A DNA stretch of 63,921 nucleotides, the filler included. It is 7 parts of 7 records of this genome, joined end to end, with 100 filler letters (N's around TTAATTAATTAA, not from the genome) between each part and the next. Parts side by side here need not be neighbours in the genome. Positions count along the whole stretch, not along the records: positions 40,763 to 53,249 come from SRR31147125_3632; 6 more parts are not named here. One strand, written 5' to 3'. Positions 41,040-51,879 of the stretch are shown here, one piece after another; position 1 is the first letter of the stretch; each line of letters begins with the position of its first letter. The position numbers and the translations under genes are program-made. The notes below the pieces were generated by a model. That model made no database searches. It was not told the DNA's origin and saw only the letters and a program-made list of their open reading frames with translations.

Positions 41040-42791
41040 ATGATCAAATATATTCTGATTTTTTTAACAATTTGTAGTTCTATTTTTTCGTACTCATTTA
41101 AGCAGATAGGTCAAGCGCATGGTTTGAAAGTTGGTAATTTTGGAAAACCAATTGCAGTTTCAATAGATGAGGATAAAAATATCTATATTTTAGACTATCT
41201 ATTGGAAAAATTAGTTGTTTTTGATAAAAATAAACAACTTATTAAGGAGTTTTCTGACTTAAAAACTCCTAGCTTTTTTAGAATAATCGATGGAAAAATC
41301 TATATAAGTGAAAGTATTGAGAATAGAGTTACGGTTATTAATAATTATTCAGGAACAAGAAAAATTCTCGGTAGCTCAGGAATGAGGGAAGGGGAATTTT
41401 TTCATCCAGGTGAAATATTAGAAGTTAAAGATAAAATTTATATAGCAGATGAGTACAATAATAGAATTCAGATTTTTGAAAAGAATGGAGAATTTCTAAC
41501 TCAATTAATGCTCCCTAAATTTAGATATGACTTTAAACCATATTATTCTTTAAATTACTCGTTACAATATAAAGGGAATAGCTTATATGTTTTAGATAAT
41601 TTTAACAAAAAAGTTTATATATTTAGAGAGAATAAGTTAGCTAAAGAGTATGACATTAAAAATATTAAAAATCCAACAAAGCTTTATCTGATTAATGATA
41701 AGGTATATATACATGACTCAGTTGATGATATACTAGTTAGTTTATTTAATGATATTATTGAACTTGATATTGATATTGAATATCAGTTAATTGGACTTAA
41801 CCATTTTTATGTATCAGGGAATAAATTAGCAATTATTTCTGATAAAGAATTAATTAACTACGATGTATTGAATAAAAAATCAGATGTGTTATTAAAATTA
41901 GACTCAATTTCAAAATCAGAATATATAATGCCTATAGACGTTAAGACTGATAAAGCTGGAAATATATATGTTTTGGATAAAGAGTTAGAAAAAATTATAA
42001 TTTATAACAAATATAATGAGTACGTTGGAGTTATAGATGAGATCGGTGAAAAACCAACCAGCCTTCATATTGATGAAAAATACAACATTTTAGTTTCCTT
42101 ACCATTTGAGAATAAGTTTAAGAAGTATAACAAAAGAAAAGAACTTGTGAATGTTTATGGCGGTTATCAGCGACTACCAACAAATGAAGCCTACTATTAC
42201 GAAGAAGAGTTAAAAGAGGCTGTAGAGGATGTTAATAAATTAGATCAAAACGTGTATAATTTAGATGTAACGGTTGATGAACTTGGAAATTTTTATATAT
42301 TGGACTCAAAAAGTCAATATATAAAAACACTTTCCCCTTTTTTCGAAGAAAAAGGTCATTTTGGTAAAAAAGCCAGCTTTCTTTCAGTTCTTAAAGGTAA
42401 TAAACAGGAAAAAGCTTTTGGCTGGAACGAAATGAATAAGAATAACTTAACTGATATATATTACTTTGGCAATAAAATTTATGTTTTAGATAGCTACTAT
42501 AACAGAGTAACTGTTTATCAGGATGGTGAAGTTGTAGCTGAGCATGAGGAGGAGTACTCGGAAAATGGACTTAACTCAATATACGTTGATAAAAACTATA
42601 TCTATGTAGTGGATTCATATAACTTTACAATTCATAAGTATGATCACGAATTTGATAAAAAGGAGGAAATTAGTTTTCTAAAACATGGCCTAATTCCTCT
42701 AAGAATGTATGAGAATTTTGTAATATTTAAAAAACAGTTAAAAGATTATGAAGCTATTTATTTAGTTTTAGATATTCAAAATCTTTTATAG
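41040..42791 (+). CDS. Secreted NHL-repeat beta-propeller protein
   Basis: Signal peptide; repeats such as FGKPIAVSIDEDKNIYILD, GEFFHPG...IYIADEYNNRIQIF and PIDVKTDKAGNIYVLD. Confidence 0.85.
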   Translation: MIKYILIFLTICSSIFSYSFKQIGQAHGLKVGNFGKPIAVSIDEDKNIYILDYLLEKLVVFDKNKQLIKEFSDLKTPSFFRIIDGKIYISESIENRVTVINNYSGTRKILGSSGMREGEFFHPGEILEVKDKIYIADEYNNRIQIFEKNGEFLTQLMLPKFRYDFKPYYSLNYSLQYKGNSLYVLDNFNKKVYIFRENKLAKEYDIKNIKNPTKLYLINDKVYIHDSVDDILVSLFNDIIELDIDIEYQLIGLNHFYVSGNKLAIISDKELINYDVLNKKSDVLLKLDSISKSEYIMPIDVKTDKAGNIYVLDKELEKIIIYNKYNEYVGVIDEIGEKPTSLHIDEKYNILVSLPFENKFKKYNKRKELVNVYGGYQRLPTNEAYYYEEELKEAVEDVNKLDQNVYNLDVTVDELGNFYILDSKSQYIKTLSPFFEEKGHFGKKASFLSVLKGNKQEKAFGWNEMNKNNLTDIYYFGNKIYVLDSYYNRVTVYQDGEVVAEHEEEYSENGLNSIYVDKNYIYVVDSYNFTIHKYDHEFDKKEEISFLKHGLIPLRMYENFVIFKKQLKDYEAIYLVLDIQNLL

Positions 42792-42821
42792 TTTTAACTA
42801 AAAATAGCTATTCTAACTAAG

Positions 42822-45800
42822 GTGAGTAATTTGAAGCAACTATTGAAATTAAATAAGAAAACATTAAAAATAATTTATATAGCTATTTTTCTAAGTTTAT
42901 CAATATTACTCTACAATGTTGTTAAAATTAATCTTAGTAAGATTGTAAAAATTTCTTTAAAACAAACTCTTGATTACAATGTAGAGTTTAGTGGCTTGAG
43001 ATTTTTAAATTTAAAAACTATAGAAATTAAAGATTTTCAACTTAAGAATAAAGATGCCAAGGAGATTATTATTGAATCTCCTTCTTTAACGATTAATTTA
43101 AATTATAGAGATATCTTTAACGGCTATATTATTGAAAATATCACGGTTAATGGCGGATATGCTAATATTCAGGTATATGACGTTAGGAAAAGCAATATTT
43201 TAGATGCAACTGTAGGAAGTGACCATCAAATTAATGACAAAGCAAAAATAGTAAAAGGTTTAAAGAAAATAATCGCAAAAGATGCAACAGTATACTATTC
43301 AGATATTTCATACGAATTTCCGATTAAAAAAACTGTTGAAAGTGTAAATGGGGAAGTTAATTTTGTCGGTGGGACATCGCTTTTTTTTAAAGGATATCTT
43401 GAAAATACTCAAGACCAATATATTTATTATGGCTTGGATGTGGCTAATGGTTTACAAACAAAACTAAAGATACAAAACTTTACCGTTGATTCATCAATTA
43501 GTCAGTATGGAAAAGTTTACAAAATTTTAGATATTAGCGATGGAGTTGCTGATTTTGATATTGAATTTAATAGAAAATTACAATTATATGGAAGTGGAAA
43601 AGTGACGAACTTTACCGCAGTATATAAACCAAGCAATCTGGAAGTGAAGAATGGAACTGCAGAACTATTGTTTCATGATAAATATATTGAGATTAATGCT
43701 GTAGGGGACTTTCTAGACAGTAAAATAGAAGCAAATGTAGTTAAAATAGAAAATAATATAACTACTGAATTAAAAGGAAAAAATATTAATCTTCGTGACT
43801 TTAGTAATACAATAGAGGAATATAATAAAAAAGGCAAAAGCATAAAGATACCCAAATTAGAAGGAGTGGTATCTTATTTTACTTTGAATTTGAAAGCAGA
43901 TGAAAATAATCTAGAAAAAATTACGGCAGATGGTTTTATTAAGGGGAATGAGATAGAAATAAATAGTAAAAATCGGATAAGTGATTTTTCAGGAGAATTT
44001 ATGTTTAAAAATAATATTTTTGCTTTTGATAATCTAAAATTTAGGGCAAATATAAATCAAATTAGCGATTTTCCAATAGACGCTGATTTTAGACTTGCAG
44101 GTGTCTACGAAGGAAATAAATCAATAGTAAATTATTCTTTGAAAAATATAAATACATTTGCTCATTTTGATGATTTAACTGGAAGCATAAAATATGATTT
44201 TGATAATGAATATATAACGATTAATAATGATACAGAATCGTTAAAAGGAACCATGAGTTATGAGAGAAAAAGTGGCTTAGAAGTTGATTTGAAAGTATCA
44301 GATTATAAATTAAATTATAAAGGGCAGGATTTGTATAGCTTTAATGGAGATTTTAAACTTAAGTATGATTTTAAAAACAAAAAATTTAAAGAGACAAATA
44401 TAAATACAGAAATAGTCAGTCAGACCTATTTTGATACTTTTCAAGCAAAGTTAGTTGATGATAATGGGAGTTTAAAATTTGATGACATATCTATAAAGAA
44501 GAATAAATCTTATATGGAATTTTCAGGATATCTTAATTTAAGTGAGATATCATATGAAATATTACTTGTGGATGCATTCGTTGAAAATAAAGATTTAGAT
44601 AATTTACAAAACATTAACAAGTTAGAACTTAATTTTGATGGGCATCTAAATGGTGATATACGGGGGAATTCTCAAAAATTAAATGCAGATATTAATCTGA
44701 TTGGAAATGCAAATGATGAAAATTTTTCTGCTAAAGAGCTGAAGAGTAAAATTACCTTCATGTATGATTTTACCGATTCAGATACACCTATTAGTGTAGA
44801 ATCAAAGTCATCTCTAAAATATTTTGACTATGGAGAAATTTTTTTCCAAGATTTAGTCTTGGATATAACTTATTTTGACAATGTTTTTAAATTGAATAGA
44901 GTTTATAATAACCTTTTGACAATCTCTGGTGAATATAATATAATTAACTCGGTATTCTTTGTGGATTATAAGCTAAAAAACTATAGCCTGGAAAGAATAC
45001 CAACATTCGCTAATAATAAAATAACAGGAGAAATTGAGACATTTAGTGGAAGATTAAAAGGAACTTCAAGGGATTATAAATTAATATTTAATTTAGACGA
45101 CTCATATGTAAAGTACAATGATGGTAAAGCAACATATCTAAAAGGTAAAGCTGAATACTATAATGATTCTCTAGAGTTAACGGATGTTCAAGTTAATAAA
45201 AATTTAATAAATGGAATTGTTGATTTTGAATCCGAGAAGTTGGATCTTAAAATTAAATTCTTTGAAAATGAATTTAATAAATACTATAACTACCCTGATT
45301 TGAAGTATAGAATAATTGGTGAGTTAAATATTTGGGGGCCTTGGGAAGATGTAAAAGGAATTGCAGCAATAAACCTAGATAAAATATATTTTCGAGGAGA
45401 ATCTATACCAGACTTAACTTTTGAGCTCTCGTATAATTCGGGTCAACTAGATGGAATTATGTCTGAGGGGTTAATAAGTTTAAATGAGTTAGTTGTCCAT
45501 AATGATAAAGGGAAAAAGATAAGTGGTATAGAAGGCTATTATAATTTGGATTCGAAGGAGTTTAAACTTACTTTAAAAAAAGAAGCATTAGCAATTGAAG
45601 ATTTATCCTATTTAGCTTCATCTGAGGATATAAAGGGTGACTTAAAGCTTGATTTTGAAATAGAGGGTATATTAGATAGAGAAATAAAGTATAGGCTTCT
45701 TCTAGAAAATGATGGAATTGATTATCGAAATGTTCATGTTGATAATTTTTCTTTCTTAATTGTTGGAACTGATGAAAAAGTCAAATTGGAGTATTTGAAT

Positions 45801-47264
45801 TTTGAGTATGGTGAAAACCAATTGAAGGGATACGGTTCAGTTGATTATAGTGATAACTCTTATACATTAAAATTAAAGGGAGAAGAGATTGATTTAGTAT
45901 TTTTAAATGTACTAGAATTAGACTTGTTAGAAGAGATAAATGGATTAGTAAGTATAGATATAGATGTAAATGAACAAAAAAATTCTGGTTTTATTGAAAT
46001 TAAAGATTTAAATCTAAGAGATAAGTCTAAAAGAATCAACTTAAAATCTTTTGAAGGAAAGATTGAATTCCAACAGGACACTTTTACAGCAAAACAGCTC
46101 GAAGGAGAGTTTAATGATGGAAAATTGTCAATAGATGGTTATTGGAAAATTCCAAAATTTTCATTAAAATTATTAAAATCACCAAGATTGTTATTAAGTG
46201 ACTATAGTTTAAGAATATTAGCAGATGATTTGAATTACTATACGGATTTTATGAATCTTTCATTAGACAGTGAACTCGAACTATCTCCAGATTTTGTAAA
46301 AGGAGAATTAATCGTTAATTCCGGTGAAATATATAAACTGCCATCCTTAGCTAATAATACAACAGAGGAAGAAGCAAAGAGAGATATATATCTAGAAAAA
46401 ATTAGCATGGATTTAGATATAACTGTTCGAAATGACCTTGTTGTTAGAATAGAAGAATTATCTGAAGATTTTTCTTTTGTTAAGGACTTAGAATTAAATA
46501 TTGAAGGAAATGGAACTGTAACAATTGATAATGGTCAAATAAATTTTATAGGTAGTTTTGATAGTGACAATGGAGCTTTATCTTTTAATAACACTCTATT
46601 AAGTATAGAGAGTGCATCAGTTATTTTTGAAGATAAAAATGATTATTTTCCAAATGTTAATCCATATGTTACTCTTAATTCTGAAACAGAAGTTTCAGGG
46701 GAAGATATTTACGTTGCTATTTCAGGATACTATAAATCACTTCAGCTTAGATTGAGTTCTAAATCTGGATTAAGTGAGCAAGATATTTCATCGTTATTAT
46801 TATTTCAAAAAACTTTTGATGATACTGAAACAAGTGAAGTTGTTAGAGAAATTTTAGATACACAGTTAAGCTCAACAATATTTAGTCCAATATCAAATGA
46901 AATGGAAAAATTATTTGGAATATCTAATATAAGTATATCATCAAAGTTGTTAACTCAAAATCAGGGAGATGCCTATAGTGTTACAGATAATTTGATTTTG
47001 GGTGCAGTATTTGAATCAAGTGATCCAATTTATAAAGACAAAGTATTTTGGAATATGAAAACCGAATTTTCAGAAACAGAAAGTGGTAAAATGGATAATT
47101 TTGATTTATGGATAAGTTATAAAATTAATAATAATACTTCCTGGAAGACAGGAGTTAAGAGGGATTCAGAACTAGAAAATGATGTTTTAGATGTCCACCT
47201 TGATTTAGATTTTAAATACAAAGTAGATTCATTTTTTAGTATCTTAGAATATATAACTAAATAG
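42822..47264 (+). CDS. tamB: TamB/AsmA-like translocation and assembly module protein
   Basis: 1480 aa, one N-terminal TM segment, beta-rich, C-terminal LSSKSGLSEQDISSLL motif, directly upstream of bamA. Confidence 0.8.
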   Translation: MSNLKQLLKLNKKTLKIIYIAIFLSLSILLYNVVKINLSKIVKISLKQTLDYNVEFSGLRFLNLKTIEIKDFQLKNKDAKEIIIESPSLTINLNYRDIFNGYIIENITVNGGYANIQVYDVRKSNILDATVGSDHQINDKAKIVKGLKKIIAKDATVYYSDISYEFPIKKTVESVNGEVNFVGGTSLFFKGYLENTQDQYIYYGLDVANGLQTKLKIQNFTVDSSISQYGKVYKILDISDGVADFDIEFNRKLQLYGSGKVTNFTAVYKPSNLEVKNGTAELLFHDKYIEINAVGDFLDSKIEANVVKIENNITTELKGKNINLRDFSNTIEEYNKKGKSIKIPKLEGVVSYFTLNLKADENNLEKITADGFIKGNEIEINSKNRISDFSGEFMFKNNIFAFDNLKFRANINQISDFPIDADFRLAGVYEGNKSIVNYSLKNINTFAHFDDLTGSIKYDFDNEYITINNDTESLKGTMSYERKSGLEVDLKVSDYKLNYKGQDLYSFNGDFKLKYDFKNKKFKETNINTEIVSQTYFDTFQAKLVDDNGSLKFDDISIKKNKSYMEFSGYLNLSEISYEILLVDAFVENKDLDNLQNINKLELNFDGHLNGDIRGNSQKLNADINLIGNANDENFSAKELKSKITFMYDFTDSDTPISVESKSSLKYFDYGEIFFQDLVLDITYFDNVFKLNRVYNNLLTISGEYNIINSVFFVDYKLKNYSLERIPTFANNKITGEIETFSGRLKGTSRDYKLIFNLDDSYVKYNDGKATYLKGKAEYYNDSLELTDVQVNKNLINGIVDFESEKLDLKIKFFENEFNKYYNYPDLKYRIIGELNIWGPWEDVKGIAAINLDKIYFRGESIPDLTFELSYNSGQLDGIMSEGLISLNELVVHNDKGKKISGIEGYYNLDSKEFKLTLKKEALAIEDLSYLASSEDIKGDLKLDFEIEGILDREIKYRLLLENDGIDYRNVHVDNFSFLIVGTDEKVKLEYLNFEYGENQLKGYGSVDYSDNSYTLKLKGEEIDLVFLNVLELDLLEEINGLVSIDIDVNEQKNSGFIEIKDLNLRDKSKRINLKSFEGKIEFQQDTFTAKQLEGEFNDGKLSIDGYWKIPKFSLKLLKSPRLLLSDYSLRILADDLNYYTDFMNLSLDSELELSPDFVKGELIVNSGEIYKLPSLANNTTEEEAKRDIYLEKISMDLDITVRNDLVVRIEELSEDFSFVKDLELNIEGNGTVTIDNGQINFIGSFDSDNGALSFNNTLLSIESASVIFEDKNDYFPNVNPYVTLNSETEVSGEDIYVAISGYYKSLQLRLSSKSGLSEQDISSLLLFQKTFDDTETSEVVREILDTQLSSTIFSPISNEMEKLFGISNISISSKLLTQNQGDAYSVTDNLILGAVFESSDPIYKDKVFWNMKTEFSETESGKMDNFDLWISYKINNNTSWKTGVKRDSELENDVLDVHLDLDFKYKVDSFFSILEYITK

Positions 47265-47285
47265 AAATAGATGGAGGAATAAAGA

Positions 47286-49328
47286 GTGAGAAGATTTACT
47301 TATTTGCTAATACTTGTAATTTTATTTAACACAGCTTTTTCGACTGATTTTTTAATCAATGAAATTGAGATTAAAAATAATAAAGAAGTTCCAGTTGATG
47401 TGATTACCAGTAAACTAAATTTGAAGAAAGGTGATAACTTTTCTACAGATAGGATGGTAGAAGATTATATTAAGATAAAAAATGAGAGTTACATTGAAGA
47501 TTTGAAAATGTTTCCAGAAATAATTTCAGGGGGAATCAATTTAGTTATTGATTTGCAGGAAGCTGAAAACTCGAAGGAGTTATTAAACTCTGAGGGGATA
47601 ATACCGCTTTCTGAGGCAGAAAAAATTGACAAATCATTAATTGTTAAAACAATTGAGGTATATGGAAATAATAATATTGAAACACAAGCTATAGTTGAAA
47701 ATATTCCTGTTAAAGTTGGAAGTTTTTTCTCTAAAACAAAAATATTAGATGGTAAATCTAAAATATTGGAAATGGGATATTTTAGAGAAGTAAATGCAGA
47801 AGTATTTAAGTATAATGATGGAATTTTTATTAAATATACGGTACTTGAGAATCCGATAATAACTGGAATTGAAATTTCTGGAAACAAGATTTTAGAATAT
47901 TCAGAATTGGTAGAAGGTTTTAAAACTACCATAGGCGAAGTTTATAATATTAATGAATTAAGGGAAGATAAAGATACTTTGTTAAAAAAATATTATGATA
48001 AAGGTTATGCCTTAGCAGCTGTTGAAGATATTAGGCTATCGGATGACTTTAAACTACAAATTAAAGTATCAGAAGGAGTAATTAAAAATATTGAGTATAG
48101 AAAACTAGTTAAAAAACAAGATGGCAGAAGAAGAAATTCTAGTGATACAAAGCTAAAAACTAAACAATTTGTTTTAGAGAGAGAAGTTGAATTAGAACTT
48201 AATAAACCTTTTGAAAAGAAGAAGTTTGATGCTTCTGCAAGAAACATATTTAGATTAGGCTACTTCAAAAATATATCTCAAGAATTTAAAGATATAGATG
48301 GAGATCCCGATAACGGAAAAACATTAGTATTCTTATTAGATGAGGGGAAAAGTGCGTCATATACAGGATCTCTGTCATACGGATCTGCTGTTGGTTTAGT
48401 AGGAAGTATGTCTGTAGAGGATAGAAACTTTAAAGGAAAAAGTCAAACTTTAGGGGTATCTTATGAGTTTGGAACTAGTAGTCAAGAATATAAGTTAAGT
48501 TTTTATGACCCTTGGGTAAAGGGAACACAAGGCTTGTCAACAAGTTGGAGTATATATAAAACAGATTATACTGATACTTCAAGTGATGATGCTTATTATG
48601 TAACAAAAACAGGAGCTAAATTTGGTTTAGGAAGAAGTTTAAATCGAAAAGTAAAGGTTGGTTCAACTATTAAATATGAAAATATTTTAGAAAAAGATAG
48701 TGATGAAATTGAAACTGATGATTATTACGTAGCAGAATTAACACCAAACGTGACATATGACACAAGAAATAATATATACGATGCTACAAGAGGTGAATAT
48801 GCTAAATATTCACTTACTTTAGGGCAAGTTATAGATGGAGATCAATATCTTAAAAATCAGTTAGAATTAAGAAAATATCAAAAAGGTTTATTTGATAAAA
48901 ATACAATGGCCTATAGACTTATGCTTGGTTTAGGAACAGAATCATTGAAGGATGCTCAGAAATTTAGAGTTGGTGGATCTAGTAGTGTAAGAGGTTATAG
49001 TTATGGTGATTTCAAAGGAATTTATTCAATATATGGAAACGTTGAAAACAGATTAGTTTTAGATGATAACTTCCAGTTTGTACTATTTTATGATTTTGGA
49101 AGAGCATGGGAAAATAAAACAACTTATAACAAAGCAATATCAAATGGTGATTACACAGAATCAAGTTACCCATACGAAGACTTCTTAAAGGATATCAAAC
49201 ATTCTTATGGAATAGGTTTAAGGGTTGACACACCACTTGGACCATTAAGATTCGATTATGGATGGCCAATAGGTGACTCAGATGTAACTGGGGGTCAATT
49301 TTACTTTAGTATAGGGCAAATGTTCTAA
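47286..49328 (+). CDS. bamA: Omp85 family outer membrane assembly factor BamA
   Basis: POTRA repeats (IEVYGN, YYDKGY, LGYF), VGGSSSVRGY, TPLGPLRFDYG, terminal Phe. Confidence 0.92.
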   Translation: MRRFTYLLILVILFNTAFSTDFLINEIEIKNNKEVPVDVITSKLNLKKGDNFSTDRMVEDYIKIKNESYIEDLKMFPEIISGGINLVIDLQEAENSKELLNSEGIIPLSEAEKIDKSLIVKTIEVYGNNNIETQAIVENIPVKVGSFFSKTKILDGKSKILEMGYFREVNAEVFKYNDGIFIKYTVLENPIITGIEISGNKILEYSELVEGFKTTIGEVYNINELREDKDTLLKKYYDKGYALAAVEDIRLSDDFKLQIKVSEGVIKNIEYRKLVKKQDGRRRNSSDTKLKTKQFVLEREVELELNKPFEKKKFDASARNIFRLGYFKNISQEFKDIDGDPDNGKTLVFLLDEGKSASYTGSLSYGSAVGLVGSMSVEDRNFKGKSQTLGVSYEFGTSSQEYKLSFYDPWVKGTQGLSTSWSIYKTDYTDTSSDDAYYVTKTGAKFGLGRSLNRKVKVGSTIKYENILEKDSDEIETDDYYVAELTPNVTYDTRNNIYDATRGEYAKYSLTLGQVIDGDQYLKNQLELRKYQKGLFDKNTMAYRLMLGLGTESLKDAQKFRVGGSSSVRGYSYGDFKGIYSIYGNVENRLVLDDNFQFVLFYDFGRAWENKTTYNKAISNGDYTESSYPYEDFLKDIKHSYGIGLRVDTPLGPLRFDYGWPIGDSDVTGGQFYFSIGQMF

Positions 49329-49352
49329 TAAATTTTTAAAAGGAGAAAGTTT

Positions 49353-49892
49353 ATGAAAAAATTAATGGTTTTACTTGTAATTGTTTTAACATCAATAACA
49401 GCATTTGGAGCTGTAGGAACGGTTGATTCTCAAAGGGTGGCTCAAAGTTATTCTGGTTATAAAGATGCAATGGAATTTTTACAAAAAGAAAGTAAGAGAT
49501 TACAGGAAGATATTAACACAAGGAAAATGGAGTATGAGGCTGAAGTTAAAACTTATGTGGAAAAATATAATATAAACGTTTCGACTTCTGATGCGCAATT
49601 ATTAAAAGCAGAACTTGATAAGAACTTAACTGATAAGGAAAAAGAGGAGCTTGGAAGAGCAGAAAATGCACTTCAAACTTATTTTAAAATGATTCAGAAT
49701 TCATTGGCACAGCAGGAAGCTGAACAAATGAATAGAGTTAGAACAGATATTCAAGTTGCAATAAAAGAGATTGCAAAACAAGAGGGACTTGAAGTTGTTT
49801 TAGAGAAGCAAACAGTTGTATATGGTGGATCGGATATAACGGAAAAAGTTATTAACTTCCTCGAAGGAGCAGAAAAGATAGAGTTACAGTAA
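49353..49892 (+). CDS. skp: OmpH/Skp periplasmic chaperone
   Basis: Signal peptide, VGTVDSQRV, YGGSDITEKV; between bamA and lpxD. Confidence 0.88.
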   Translation: MKKLMVLLVIVLTSITAFGAVGTVDSQRVAQSYSGYKDAMEFLQKESKRLQEDINTRKMEYEAEVKTYVEKYNINVSTSDAQLLKAELDKNLTDKEKEELGRAENALQTYFKMIQNSLAQQEAEQMNRVRTDIQVAIKEIAKQEGLEVVLEKQTVVYGGSDITEKVINFLEGAEKIELQ

Positions 49893-49902
49893 GGGGGAAG
49901 TT

Positions 49903-50910
49903 ATGTATTCAATAAAGAATTTGGCAGAGTTGTTAGAAGGAAAGGTAGAAGGAGACAGCTTAGCGAAAGTAAAAAAATTAGCAGCATTTGATGAAGCTAC
50001 TGAGGATTCATTGACTTTTGCTGGAGATGTGAAATTTATTAAAAGGCTAAATGAAACTAAAGCAGGAGTAGTTATAGTACCTGATGTTGAGGATCTTCCA
50101 AAAGGAAAAACATATATTATTGTTAATAAAAATCCAAGAGAGTTAATGCCGTTAATTTTAAGCTTTTTTAAAAAGGAAACTAAAAAAATCCAAAAACCTA
50201 TTGAAGACTCAGCTAGGATACATGAAAGTGTTGATTTAGCACCTAATATTTATATAGGACATAATGTTGAAATTGGAAAAGGAACTACTATTTATCCGAA
50301 TGTAACAATCTTGGAAGGTAGTAGAATTGGTGAAAACTGCATTATTTATCCAGGTGTTACAATTAGAGAGTTTTGTGATTTAGGAAATAATGTTATCCTA
50401 CAACCTGGTGCTGTAATAGGTGGAGATGGCTTTGGTTTTGTTAAAATCAATGGCGAAAATACAAAAGTTGAACAAATTGGAGCCGTAATTCTTGAGGATG
50501 ATGTTGAAATTGGTGCAAACAGTACAATTGATAGAGGAACAATTGGAGATACAATAGTTCGACGAGGAACAAAAATTGATAATTCTGTCCAAATAGCTCA
50601 TAATGTACATGTAGGAGAGCAAAGTTTAATAGTAGCTCACGTAGCAATTGCGGGAAGTACTAAAATAGGGAAAAATTTTACTGCAGGTGGACAAGTTGGA
50701 ATTGTTGGTCACATAACAATTGGTGACAACGTAACCGCGGCTGGAAAAGCAGTTATAACTAGTAATACGGAAGCTAATCAGAAGTTATCTGGATATCCAG
50801 CTATAAACTATAATGATGATTTAAAGGCTAAAATTGCATTTAAGAAACTTCCAGAATTAATTAAGAGGGTTAAGAAGTTAGAAAAATACATGAGCAGAGG
50901 TGAAAATTAG
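49903..50910 (+). CDS. lpxD: UDP-3-O-(3-hydroxyacyl)glucosamine N-acyltransferase
   Basis: Hexapeptide repeats, IGGDGFGF, EIGANSTIDRG, KIDNSVQIAHNV. Confidence 0.96.
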   Translation: MYSIKNLAELLEGKVEGDSLAKVKKLAAFDEATEDSLTFAGDVKFIKRLNETKAGVVIVPDVEDLPKGKTYIIVNKNPRELMPLILSFFKKETKKIQKPIEDSARIHESVDLAPNIYIGHNVEIGKGTTIYPNVTILEGSRIGENCIIYPGVTIREFCDLGNNVILQPGAVIGGDGFGFVKINGENTKVEQIGAVILEDDVEIGANSTIDRGTIGDTIVRRGTKIDNSVQIAHNVHVGEQSLIVAHVAIAGSTKIGKNFTAGGQVGIVGHITIGDNVTAAGKAVITSNTEANQKLSGYPAINYNDDLKAKIAFKKLPELIKRVKKLEKYMSRGEN

Positions 50911-50913
50911 AAT

Positions 50914-51642
50914 ATGAAAAAGATATTTATATTGATGTTTAGTATCTTATGTGTTTCAGTTTATGCAGTCCCAACGTCAACAGGAGTAACAGGAACAATT
51001 GATTTCCCTAGTGCTTATCTATTAAGAGAAAGAAATTATACATTAAGCGGAAATATTGAGAATAATAGTTCTAAAGATGAAGATTCGCTTTCTGCTGACT
51101 TTATATTTGAAACGGGATTTATTCCCCAAGTTGAAGCTGGATTTAATATATCAACTAAAAATGAGGAATTAAATCAAAGCTTTGTTCAAGCAAATTTGAA
51201 GTATCAGATAGTCAAGGAAGAGAAAAATCCAGCAATAGCTATTGGTTATGTTGAGTTTGATGAATATAATGTTACTGCTGATTTGGACTCTGAAAATTCT
51301 GCTTATTCTTCTAACGCGTACGTTTACCTTGTTTTATCAAAGCGATTAGAGATTGAAGAAAGCAAAATTGATAGTTCATTTGGAATGAAATACAGTAAAG
51401 CAAATGATGGAGAAAGTATAGTTAACTTTTTCTCTGGCTTTGAAATGCCTATCTATACTCAAATTAGATTACTAGGTGAAGTTTATACTTATAGAAAAAA
51501 TGAAGGGAATTCTAAAGATTTAGGAATAAATGTTGGAACAGAATTCTTGACTAGAGAGAATATCCGAACAAAAGTATTCTGGAGAGATAGAAACGAAAGT
51601 TTTGGATTTAGTGTTACTTACTTAGGAATTTTGGATAAATAA
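50914..51642 (+). CDS. Secreted beta-rich protein, YjbH-like putative outer membrane barrel
   Basis: Signal peptide then GVTGTIDFPSAYLL; alternating amphipathic beta-strands. Confidence 0.6.
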   Translation: MKKIFILMFSILCVSVYAVPTSTGVTGTIDFPSAYLLRERNYTLSGNIENNSSKDEDSLSADFIFETGFIPQVEAGFNISTKNEELNQSFVQANLKYQIVKEEKNPAIAIGYVEFDEYNVTADLDSENSAYSSNAYVYLVLSKRLEIEESKIDSSFGMKYSKANDGESIVNFFSGFEMPIYTQIRLLGEVYTYRKNEGNSKDLGINVGTEFLTRENIRTKVFWRDRNESFGFSVTYLGILDK

Positions 51643-51734
51643 ATAATTTAGACCAAGAGCTTATTGATTAAAGTTAAATCTTTAATATAAAACTTTTGGT
51701 CTATTATTTTAAATTAATAAAGGTTTTAAAGAAA

Positions 51735-51770
51735 GTTTCGCCACTCGAAAGTTTGGCGAAGCATTTTTTA
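51735..51770 (+). terminator. Intrinsic terminator-like hairpin
   Basis: GTTTCGCCA-CTCGAAAGTT-TGGCGAAGC followed by ATTTTTTA. Confidence 0.65.
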
Positions 51771-51879
51771 TACTACAGAAAAATATAAGTATTTGTTAAA
51801 TTTTACTACTGTAGAGGTTTTTTAATGATTAAAGAAGAGATAGTTTAAAAATTTAAATAATAAGATTTAGGAGAATGAG

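Noticed and set aside
51731-51765. c-di-GMP-I riboswitch (GAAA-containing hairpin)
   Set aside because: It lacks the GGCAAA...GACGCAAAG core on either strand and is followed by a U-tract like an ordinary terminator.
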